A stretch of DNA of 45,449 nucleotides, from assembly GCA_964545945.1 (NCBI GenBank), contig CAZJID010000003.1, positions 1 through 45,449 on the forward strand, in the 5' to 3' direction. This document shows positions 1 to 7,158 of this stretch, piece by piece (the stretch's first letter is position 1; each line of letters begins with the position of its first letter). A program made the position numbers and the translations under genes. The notes under the pieces were generated by a model. It made no database searches. It was not told the origin of the DNA and saw only the letters and a program-made list of their open reading frames with translations. The stretch is from an uncultured Dehalococcoidales bacterium (GTDB lineage Bacteria > Chloroflexota > Dehalococcoidia > GIF9 > UBA5629).

Positions 1-599
1 GATGAGATTTTGCCGGCCAGAGCCAGATTGACTCCGGCGGCTATGTCTTCTTTGGGAATACCCTCAGCCACTCTGGTGACGGCTTCCGACTCCCCGAAAA
101 CGGCACAGCCGGTTCCGAAGGAGACTGGTTTTTGAGACCTTAACGAAATAGGACCAAAATCCTTTAAGTCTATTCGCAAGACGTTGGCGATGACCTCAAT
201 GAACCGGCCGCTGCCGGCGGCGCATTTCTCGCTGACAGTGAAATTGGCTACCATGCCCTGTTCATTTACCTTGATCACCTTGCTCGACTGTCCGGAAACC
301 TCAATTGCTGTTTTAACCTGTGGGAATATGTTGTTTATGCCCCTGGCGGTGCAGACTATTTCGCTGGCCTGGCGGTCGGCAAAATCGACGTTAGCGGCGC
401 CAGTCCCGGTGGCTACGACTTGGGCTATCTCATTTTGAGCCAGTTTGGCTTTTTTAAGGAGCTCACGTTGTATGGTCCCGGCGGCTGTGCGATAGTTGGC
501 TCCGGAAGGAATTACATGGTATGCGGCAAGGTCGGAGCCCTTGGTTATGACTCCTTTGGAGTAGGAGGAGCCGATGTCTATGCCCATAAAATAAGTCAT
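1..599 (-). CDS. Acyl-CoA reductase/dehydratase activase (ASKHA ATPase, BcrD/BzdP/HgdC-like); runs off the left window edge
   Basis: Not in the ORF track. Manual translation from ATG at 599: MTYFMGIDIGSSYSKGVIT...EIVCTARG...IEVSGQSSK...SEKCAAGSGRFIEV...GTGCAVFGESE, giving the GIDxGS ATP motif and activase cluster cysteines. Confidence 0.9.
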   Translation of the reverse strand, partial: MTYFMGIDIGSSYSKGVITKGSDLAAYHVIPSGANYRTAAGTIQRELLKKAKLAQNEIAQVVATGTGAANVDFADRQASEIVCTARGINNIFPQVKTAIEVSGQSSKVIKVNEQGMVANFTVSEKCAAGSGRFIEVIANVLRIDLKDFGPISLRSQKPVSFGTGCAVFGESEAVTRVAEGIPKEDIAAGVNLALAGKIS

Positions 600-607
600 T
601 TTTTTTA

Positions 608-716
608 CCCTCACCCTGACCCTCACCCTGATCCTCTCCCTCTCCCTCTCCCCTAATCCCAATGGGAAAATCCTCATTGGATGCCTGCCCGCCCTTCCTC
701 CCGGCGAGAGAGGGAA
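608..716. repeat. CCCTCACCC/CCCTCTCCC-type REP-like element with internal tandem duplication
   Basis: CCCTCACCCTGA x2 (608-631), about three CTCTCC units, then a complementary GAGAGAGGG arm near 705-714. Confidence 0.6.
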
Positions 717-727
717 TTGAGGTTTTC

Positions 728-750
728 TAAGAGGGGCTGCGCCCCTCTTA
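728..750. repeat. Perfect 10-bp hairpin (REP-like) overlapping the activase stop codon
   Basis: TAAGAGGGGC-TGC-GCCCCTCTTA. Confidence 0.75.
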
Positions 751-1617
751 AACTCCCTGCTCGAAGAACGTGGCCTTGTCCAGGCGGCGGGTTTTTGCAG
801 CGAGGGACTTACCCTCCTTCTCCGCCTTATCATAGTTTCCCCTGGCCAGTATGGCGGCGCCCAGTGCCCCGGTGAGCAGCGGCTCGTCAGGAACCAGGAC
901 GTCGCAGCCCAGGCTCTCTTTCATAGCCTTAACTATACCTTTATTCTTGGCCACGCCGCCGGTAAGCACCACGTCAGGCTCAACCTTCAACCTTCGCGCC
1001 AGGGTCGCCACCCGACTGGCCAGCGCGTAATGAAGGCCGGCGATTATATCTTCGACTTTTTCACCGCGGGACAGCAAAGCCACCACCTCCTGCTGGGCAA
1101 AGATGGTGCATATATTGCTGAGCTGGATTTTCTTGGTTGATTTGAGAGACATATCGCCCATTTCTCCTATAGGCATACCCAGGGTGGCGGCGGTAAGCTC
1201 CAGAAACCTGCCGGTGCCGGCGGCGCATTTATCGTTCATGACGAAATCGATCAGTTTGCCGTTCTTGATCTTAAGGCACTTGGCATCCTGCCCGCCGATA
1301 TCTATGGCAGTCCTGACATTCGGGAATATGCTGGATACGCCTCTGGCGTGGCAGGAAAGCTCCGTTATCTGTTCATCGGCGAATGGCACGTTTACCCGGC
1401 CGTAGCCCGTGGCCACGATATAAGAGATATCATCGAGCTGAAATCCGGCTTGCTCCAGAGCCTTAATCATAACTTCATTGGCCAGACGACGGTGCTCCGG
1501 GCCGGTTGGGCCTTTAATGAAAGAAAGTACGGCATCGGTCGCGTCCGTAATCACGACCTTGGTCATGGTAGAACCAATATCTACTCCGGCGAAGTGCAAA
1601 TCAATTTTAAGGGGCAT
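748..1617 (-). CDS. Acyl-CoA reductase/dehydratase activase (HgdC/BzdQ-like [4Fe-4S] ATPase)
   Basis: GVDIGSTMTK, VATGYGR, DIGGQDAK, NDKCAAGTGRF, ICTIFA, LTGGVAKN. Start moved to ATG 1617, just after the upstream stop at 1622. Confidence 0.93.
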   Translation of the reverse strand: MPLKIDLHFAGVDIGSTMTKVVITDATDAVLSFIKGPTGPEHRRLANEVMIKALEQAGFQLDDISYIVATGYGRVNVPFADEQITELSCHARGVSSIFPNVRTAIDIGGQDAKCLKIKNGKLIDFVMNDKCAAGTGRFLELTAATLGMPIGEMGDMSLKSTKKIQLSNICTIFAQQEVVALLSRGEKVEDIIAGLHYALASRVATLARRLKVEPDVVLTGGVAKNKGIVKAMKESLGCDVLVPDEPLLTGALGAAILARGNYDKAEKEGKSLAAKTRRLDKATFFEQGV

Positions 1618-1621
1618 ATTG

Positions 1622-2791
1622 CTAGCGCATTGTTTCCAGGAAAGCTTCAACCCTGGTTTTTAAGGGTGCCAAAGCTCCGATACTGTAATCATATTCTATA
1701 TATGTGCTGGGGATGCCTATCTCCTCCAGATAATCCTTTAGTGCCGGCATTTCAAAGGCAAACGGGTCGCAGTACCTGACGAGCAACAAGATAGCGCCGT
1801 TGATTTTCCAGTCTCTGACGATGTTATTGAGATAGCCGAAGCGGCTTTTCAGGTCTCTGGCATAGTCCTTGGTGGTCTCGCCAAGTTTGGCCTGTATGAA
1901 GGTGCGGGCACAGGTAATCTCTTTCATATAGTAGTTGGCCAGCCCTGCAGTGAGGTCACCGGTCGGCTTGACGTCAGCCCTGAAAGGTCTGTAGCCGCCG
2001 CAGCTGTCGTCCATGACCACGTTGGCTCCGGCTTCGAATATCTGCATGATGTCGGTGTCGTCCATAGTGCTGCTCCAGATGAGCAGGCGCGCCTGTTTTT
2101 CGGACGGACCATCCTTCCGGTTTTTGACCTCACTTATGACCTGCATCAGCAGGTCGTTTCCCTCGGCTACGGGCAAGCTCATCAAAGCTTTGATTGCCTG
2201 CAGTATTTCAGTTCCTGAGACGAGTGGCGGGACCGGTTTCGTTAGCTCATAAAGTTCTCTGACCAGCGCACGCTGCCGGTTGTGGGACGTGATAGCAGAT
2301 TTCAATTTCTCCGCCGACATCTTTTTGCCGGTGAAGGCCTCCAGCGTTTTCTTGAAGTCTTCGAGCTGTCCTTTGAAGTATTCTAGGGAGTCGGCCCTGA
2401 TGGTGCCCGGCATGTCTATGAAGTGTGTATATGAATAGTTAACACAGGACTCCCAGACGTGGGCCGTCCGATGCTGAGGGTCACAGGAGTGTGCGGTTAC
2501 CAGACCGTCCAGAAAGTCGTCTTTACCCTTTAATGCCAGGTCGAGGCAGCTGCGGATGAAGGGACAGAACGAGGTTGGCAGTGCTCTGTCCGCCTCGGTG
2601 ACCGGTTCTCTGATATCACCGTATATGCGGTACGGCACCAGGTCTAGGGCGGTGAGCATCTCCAGCGGGACATAGGCGCAGGGATAGCCTATTATCTTTT
2701 TACCAGCGGCTTTAAGCTCCCTGACCCGCTGTGATCGGTTCAGGTAAATCTCTAGTGCGCGGCTCAGTCCCTCGGTTTTATCTAACATCAA
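1622..2791 (-). CDS. 2-hydroxyacyl-CoA dehydratase / benzoyl-CoA reductase subunit (HgdB/BcrC/BzdN-like)
   Basis: GKKIIGY..YVPLE, SFCPF, HSCD, RYCDP, C-terminal LKTRVEAFLE typical of the HGD-D family; AGGAGG RBS upstream. Confidence 0.9.
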   Translation of the reverse strand: MMLDKTEGLSRALEIYLNRSQRVRELKAAGKKIIGYPCAYVPLEMLTALDLVPYRIYGDIREPVTEADRALPTSFCPFIRSCLDLALKGKDDFLDGLVTAHSCDPQHRTAHVWESCVNYSYTHFIDMPGTIRADSLEYFKGQLEDFKKTLEAFTGKKMSAEKLKSAITSHNRQRALVRELYELTKPVPPLVSGTEILQAIKALMSLPVAEGNDLLMQVISEVKNRKDGPSEKQARLLIWSSTMDDTDIMQIFEAGANVVMDDSCGGYRPFRADVKPTGDLTAGLANYYMKEITCARTFIQAKLGETTKDYARDLKSRFGYLNNIVRDWKINGAILLLVRYCDPFAFEMPALKDYLEEIGIPSTYIEYDYSIGALAPLKTRVEAFLETMR

Positions 2792-2810
2792 TAATACCTC
2801 CTAAAGAGTC

Positions 2811-2847
2811 CTCCCTCCCCTGGTGGGAGGGAGTTAGAGGAAGGGGG
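2811..2847. repeat. CTCCCTCCC/GGGAGGGAG REP-like hairpin
   Basis: Perfect 9-bp inverted repeat CTCCCTCCC-CTGGT-GGGAGGGAG followed by a purine-rich tail, between two operon genes. Confidence 0.65.
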
Positions 2848-2853
2848 TAAAAA

Positions 2854-4197
2854 TCACCAGTCGAAGCCTTCCTTCCTCCTCACCTGGCGGTAGTGGTCCA
2901 TGGTCTCCTCGAACGGCTCCGCCTTGGCCATGGCATCTTCCATATCGAAGAGCCTGAGGTCCACGATGTCTCCTTCGATGGTCAGAGAAGGAACCTTCAG
3001 CTTCTCCAGCAGCATGTTGGCTACATAGGGCAGGTGTGTGGAGGCGCTGCGGCAGCTGATGAGCGGATGGAGCAGCGCCCCGTCGCATTTCCATTCCGTG
3101 ACGTATTTCATGTAGGGATAGGCCAGTGCACCTTCCGTGATACCGTGCTCTCTGGCGTCTTTATACATGCCGAGGAATTTTTGGAAGCTGAACCTGGTTA
3201 TTTTTTCCACGGGGTCGGTGATGCCGCTCAGGTCCATGGGAATGGGCGGATGATAGCCGACGCTCTCGATAACGAAGTTCCAGCCCCTTTCGGCGAGTCT
3301 GTCGAATAGCTTCAGGCTGTGCCACGGAGGCAGCTCGGCGAACACCATCCGGTATTTCTCGTTTTCGACGGCTCCTATGTGGTTATCCGCCAGCTCCTTC
3401 ACCTCGTTGTAGAGGTCGTAGTAGCATTTGAGTGAGTCTTTGATATCCCCCATGAGCATCAGCGCCGGCGTCATAGCGCTCCAGAAATCCCGGCTGTGCA
3501 TGGGGCAGGGCTTGGCCTTGCGCAGTTCGTTGGTCTCGTGCAGCACGCGGTTTATCTCGATAATCAAATCGACCGTCTCGTTGAACTTGTCCCAGTCCAT
3601 TTTCTTGCCGACTATTTTTTCTACAAAGGCGATGAAATCCCTGAGATGGCTGACTCCCATGTCTATCAAGCTCTCGTAGGTGCCTTCCATGAAGAATTCT
3701 TTCAGGCCGGGGACGGGCGCTTCAAATGTCCATACCGGCACGTCCATGTACTGGCCCAGCGCCTGAAACCACTTGTACCTGGCGTCGCAGACGGCGGTCG
3801 AGGACATGAGGAACGCCGGTTTGGGCATTCCTCCCAGGGGAGCATCCGCTGGTATCTCGCCACCCAGCTCCTTCATCATCTTCGACGTGTAGCCTATATT
3901 GGCCCGGCTGTAACCGCAGAGGTGTGTGGGGTATCCATCGGCATCGGCTATGTCAAGATATGTCTGGGCAACTCCGAAGGCGGCCAGGGCGGCGCCGTAG
4001 TTCTCCGGGTAGACCACTTCTATGTCCATTGCCTTGAGCACGGAGTCACCGTAGTAGTAATTCAGCATACCCCAGACTACCGGTTTGCCCGCTTTCAAGG
4101 CTTCGGTACCCTTGAGGTACGACTCGTTTACCTTGGCCCTGAGCGGGTACATCGATTTCAGGCGGCGGATAGCTCTCTTTTTCTCTCCAGTGACCAT
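2854..4197 (-). CDS. 2-hydroxyacyl-CoA dehydratase / benzoyl-CoA reductase subunit (HgdA/BcrB/BzdO-like)
   Basis: YPENYGA, HLCGYSR, GGMPKP, AVCDARYKW, ISCRS, IEGDIVDLR; three candidate cluster Cys. Confidence 0.9.
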   Translation of the reverse strand: MVTGEKKRAIRRLKSMYPLRAKVNESYLKGTEALKAGKPVVWGMLNYYYGDSVLKAMDIEVVYPENYGAALAAFGVAQTYLDIADADGYPTHLCGYSRANIGYTSKMMKELGGEIPADAPLGGMPKPAFLMSSTAVCDARYKWFQALGQYMDVPVWTFEAPVPGLKEFFMEGTYESLIDMGVSHLRDFIAFVEKIVGKKMDWDKFNETVDLIIEINRVLHETNELRKAKPCPMHSRDFWSAMTPALMLMGDIKDSLKCYYDLYNEVKELADNHIGAVENEKYRMVFAELPPWHSLKLFDRLAERGWNFVIESVGYHPPIPMDLSGITDPVEKITRFSFQKFLGMYKDAREHGITEGALAYPYMKYVTEWKCDGALLHPLISCRSASTHLPYVANMLLEKLKVPSLTIEGDIVDLRLFDMEDAMAKAEPFEETMDHYRQVRRKEGFDW

Positions 4198-4250
4198 AAT
4201 TTTTATCTCCTGAGGGCAAGGTTATATGTATTTCGATGAAGGTTAGTCGA

Positions 4251-4259
4251 ATTATAGCA
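4251..4259 (-). promoter_or_regulatory. Extended -10 promoter of the reductase/dehydratase operon
   Basis: Minus strand reads TGCTATAAT about 55 nt upstream of the ATG at 4197. Confidence 0.6.
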
Positions 4260-4273
4260 CAGATTCAAAGGAT

Positions 4274-4319
4274 GATTACGGAGATTAATCAAGATTACGG
4301 AGAGCTATTAGCGATTACG
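4274..4319. repeat. Three direct repeats GATTACG(GAGA) at 19-20 bp periodicity
   Basis: GATTACGGAGA at 4274 and 4293; GATTACG at 4313. Confidence 0.6.
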
Positions 4320-4320
4320 T

Positions 4321-4386
4321 GTCACCCGCCTACGGGTGACCGATTCAATACGGGTGTGGTAGGGTCGCCTGTGGGCAGGCGACGCC
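4321..4386. repeat. GTAG-family REP-like hairpins
   Basis: GTCACCCG-CCTA-CGGGTGAC and GTAGG-GTCGCCTG-TGGG-CAGGCGAC. Confidence 0.55.
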
Positions 4387-4409
4387 TAATGTATTAATAA
4401 CCTAGTTTA

Positions 4410-5939
4410 CTAGAGAATTCTTTTAAGCCTGGAGTTGGGGGTGATGCCGGGAATACGGCCGCGCTTGGCGATGGGTTTGCCGGCGATGTCGTGGAGGTCG
4501 GCGGTGTAGTCGATAGGCCGGGCGCCGCTGATATAGCTGCCCACGCCAAAGAAGTTGATCGGCGCTCCCTCGTCCAGGAAATATCTTATACGTTCCGGGT
4601 CCAGGCCGCCGCTGACGAAGATTTTAACCCCTTTAAATCCGGCCAGGTCGAGCCTGGCCCTGGTCTCTTTCACCAGGTCGGCGGTGACCCTGCCCCTTTC
4701 GCCGGGTGTATCGAGCCGCACACCCTCCAGTTTACCTTTGAGCGCCTGGGCCACGATTATACTTTCCTCGGGCTCATCCCGGAACGTATCCACCAGGGCA
4801 ACGCGCGGCACTTCAGGCGGCATGTGCTTGTTGAAGGCTTTCATGGCCGTAGCCGTATCGCCCATGATAATTATCAAAGCATGTGGCATGGTGCCGGCTG
4901 GTGTCAGACCTGCCAGCTTGGCACCGGAAATGCTGGAGCAACCGGCGCAGCCGCCGACTATAGCCGAGTAGTCCATGACGCCTGCCACCAGCGGATGTAC
5001 GTGGCGGGCGCCGAAGCTGACAACCGGTATGCCTTCGGCGGCTTCGACGCATTCTTTAGCTGCAGTCGCCCAGCCGGTGCAGTGCGACAGCATGCCCAGG
5101 TATACCGTTTCGAAGACTCCGTAGCTCTGGTAAGGTGCGGTTATGCGCAATACAACCTCTTTTCTCTGGATGGGTTCACCTTCCGGTACCGCCCAGACCT
5201 CGCGGTTATCCGGGGGCAGGACTTTCTCCAGGAGCGTTTTGACTTCCTCAATGCCGCAGAGCGTACCGGCACGGCTGGGGAAGACCTCCATGGTGGCTAC
5301 CGGGTTTATGTTTTCTTTCTTGAGTATCTCCACCGTTCGGGCGAAATAAATATCCGTGGTGTCTCCGGATAGAATGTAATTCGGGATTTCAAAGCGGGGT
5401 TCGGGCAGTTCGGTGCCGGTGACTCTGGTCAACTTACAACCCAGCACTTTGTCTATATAGTCGAGCGCCCAGACGTGCTCTTTTTCATCGACGTCTGCCA
5501 CGCAGTCGACCGGCACTTCAACGGGGTAGTGGCGGACCCTGGCCTCCATGGCTCCGATCAGAACGCAGATGTGTGTTAATACTCCGCAGACGATCACCGT
5601 TTCCGGTTTTAGCTTGTTGAGCTCGTCGTCCAACGTGGTGTTATGGAACAGGCTGTAGCTTTTCTTGGGTATTATTTTGCCCGGATATTTTTTGAACTCG
5701 GGGATGACCTCAGATTCAATGCTGCCCTCGATGGCGTGGGGAGCAAACATGGCAAACTCGGGGTCGTCCCTGTCGTGGTTGTCGCAGATGTAGAATATCT
5801 TCGAGCCTTTGGCCAGCTCCTGCTCGAATAGTTTCTTCATGTTGGGAATGATGTGGCGCGCCTTATCTCCACAATAGAGCGCGTGTCCCGGTTCCATGAA
5901 ACCCCGTATCATATCGGCAACCACTATAGCTCTGGCCAT
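4410..5939 (-). CDS. pncB: Fused nicotinamidase (isochorismatase family, PncA-like) / nicotinate phosphoribosyltransferase (PncB-like)
   Basis: N-terminal ~175 aa: VVADMIRGF, CDNHD, PHA, KKSYS, VLTHICV (Asp-Lys-Cys triad plus metal ligands). C-terminal part: TTDIYF, SFGARH, GTMPHA, LVDTF, GVRLDTP, VSGGL, FGVGS. Confidence 0.88.
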   Translation of the reverse strand: MARAIVVADMIRGFMEPGHALYCGDKARHIIPNMKKLFEQELAKGSKIFYICDNHDRDDPEFAMFAPHAIEGSIESEVIPEFKKYPGKIIPKKSYSLFHNTTLDDELNKLKPETVIVCGVLTHICVLIGAMEARVRHYPVEVPVDCVADVDEKEHVWALDYIDKVLGCKLTRVTGTELPEPRFEIPNYILSGDTTDIYFARTVEILKKENINPVATMEVFPSRAGTLCGIEEVKTLLEKVLPPDNREVWAVPEGEPIQRKEVVLRITAPYQSYGVFETVYLGMLSHCTGWATAAKECVEAAEGIPVVSFGARHVHPLVAGVMDYSAIVGGCAGCSSISGAKLAGLTPAGTMPHALIIIMGDTATAMKAFNKHMPPEVPRVALVDTFRDEPEESIIVAQALKGKLEGVRLDTPGERGRVTADLVKETRARLDLAGFKGVKIFVSGGLDPERIRYFLDEGAPINFFGVGSYISGARPIDYTADLHDIAGKPIAKRGRIPGITPNSRLKRIL

Positions 5940-6218
5940 GTTTTTCCTCCTATATCTAATATTGTAAAGGATACCAGGCTGTGACGCTAGCTGTGAATGG
6001 CGCTTGCAAAAATAGAATACTGTACTCCGAAGTAACCTTCAAAGTGATGTTATCGATATAGATTTGATATGATCGGCGAGCTAATTTAGCTTTGTTCCGT
6101 GGAACATAGCGGATTCACACTGGCAAAATCAGCCTTTCAATCAGTCTCTCGGCCTCTTTTACGTTCAGATTTGACAAACCTCTCATATTTTGTAACGGTC
6201 AAATTATAGAGGTCTACA

Positions 6219-6668
6219 TTGGTTAAGAATAGGAAGGGAATTGTTCTAGTGCTTGTCACTTGGTTATCTTCCTTGGGAGCAGCGATGATTACTTCAAATG
6301 ACTATTTATTATGGGTCTCTTTTCTGCCTTTCGCTATATCCGCTGGCATATTTACGTGGTTACTATGGCCTTCCCAGAATAAATATCACGAAAATAAAGC
6401 CGCCACTAAAATCAACAGAAGTGAAATAAATAGTAATATTTCCGAAATTAAATTGATATCACTTAAATATAGAAAAGAGGTAAAAAAGCTGTATGAAGTA
6501 AATGTCGTGTGGCTACAAGGTATTAAGGAGGGACAAACAGAAACGTGGAAGCAAAGTGTGGGACTCTTCTTGAATCAACAAGAGGTCAGAGGGTGGGATA
6601 TAGTGCAAACGTTCCGCGTTGACGAAAAACTAATTGTAATATTTAAATCGATTTTAAAAGATGAATAA
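6219..6668 (+). CDS. Hypothetical AT-rich membrane protein, two N-terminal TM helices, possible DUF4177-like C-terminus
   Basis: Two hydrophobic segments; C-terminal FLNQQEVRGWDIV resembles LNxxGxxGWELV; GAGGT RBS before the TTG start. Confidence 0.55.
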   Translation: MVKNRKGIVLVLVTWLSSLGAAMITSNDYLLWVSFLPFAISAGIFTWLLWPSQNKYHENKAATKINRSEINSNISEIKLISLKYRKEVKKLYEVNVVWLQGIKEGQTETWKQSVGLFLNQQEVRGWDIVQTFRVDEKLIVIFKSILKDE

Positions 6669-6700
6669 ATCTAAAAAGGTATGATTTAACTTGGCCTTGG

Positions 6701-7033
6701 CTAGCAGTAGTCGGGTTCGCTGACTTCACAGGTTTTCATTAAATCGATATATTCCTGTAGCAGGTCTGAGGCGTGTGCTTTATCGCCGCTTTCCAGAGAA
6801 GAAAGGGCGTGTTCCAGTATGCCTACCTCGCGGGTGAGGTGAGCCGAGACGTTGCTCAGAGAGCCGCAGCAGGGCGTCATGCCTTCAGAGCGCCACAGCA
6901 AAGCCTCTTTTATCTCGAGCATTTTTTTGACGTCGGCGACGGCCTCTTTTAGCTTCTTTGGGTCAGCTATTTTCTGCCTGGTAGCGCCGACCGTGTCTTT
7001 GTCGACGATCATCATCGGTTTAGTCTTGGCCAA
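6701..7033 (-). CDS. Hypothetical 110-aa helical protein with a CC motif
   Basis: AGGAG RBS before TTG; codon style like the neighbours; TPCCGSL and a C-terminal Cys. Confidence 0.65.
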   Translation of the reverse strand: MAKTKPMMIVDKDTVGATRQKIADPKKLKEAVADVKKMLEIKEALLWRSEGMTPCCGSLSNVSAHLTREVGILEHALSSLESGDKAHASDLLQEYIDLMKTCEVSEPDYC

Positions 7034-7076
7034 TTGTCCAGCTCCTGTTCATCACCCACTGACTCCAGTCAAACAT

Positions 7077-7128
7077 GTTGCCCTGAGGCTTTAGCCTCAG
7101 GGCCCCGACCCTAAAGGGTCGGGGCTAC
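7077..7128. repeat. REP doublet (GTTG/GTAG-type, REPIN-like) downstream of purH
   Basis: GTT-GCCCTGAGGC-TTTA-GCCTCAGGGC overlapping GCCCCGACCC-TAAA-GGGTCGGGGC-TAC; two perfect 10-bp stems. Confidence 0.75.
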
Positions 7129-7158
7129 GTTATCCTAAATCATAAGCAAATTCAAAAC

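Noticed and set aside
420-656. ORF ending in PHPDPHPDPLPLPLP
   Set aside because: A translation artefact of the CCCTCACCC repeat; it is antisense to the activase gene.
4274-4319. Direct repeats as a mini CRISPR array
   Set aside because: Units of 7-11 bp with 8-9 bp gaps are far too short, and there are no cas genes.
4491-5372. Long plus-strand ORFs opposite real genes (also 3496..4239, 7729..8712, 9928..10839, 14594..15247, 19396..20241)
   Set aside because: Antisense shadows of well-supported minus-strand genes; no recognisable domains.
6093-6106. TGTTCCGTGGAACA as a parS site or LexA box
   Set aside because: It is two bases shorter than the 16-bp parS (TGTTCCACGTGGAACA), and its half-sites are inverted relative to the GAAC-N4-GTTC LexA box.
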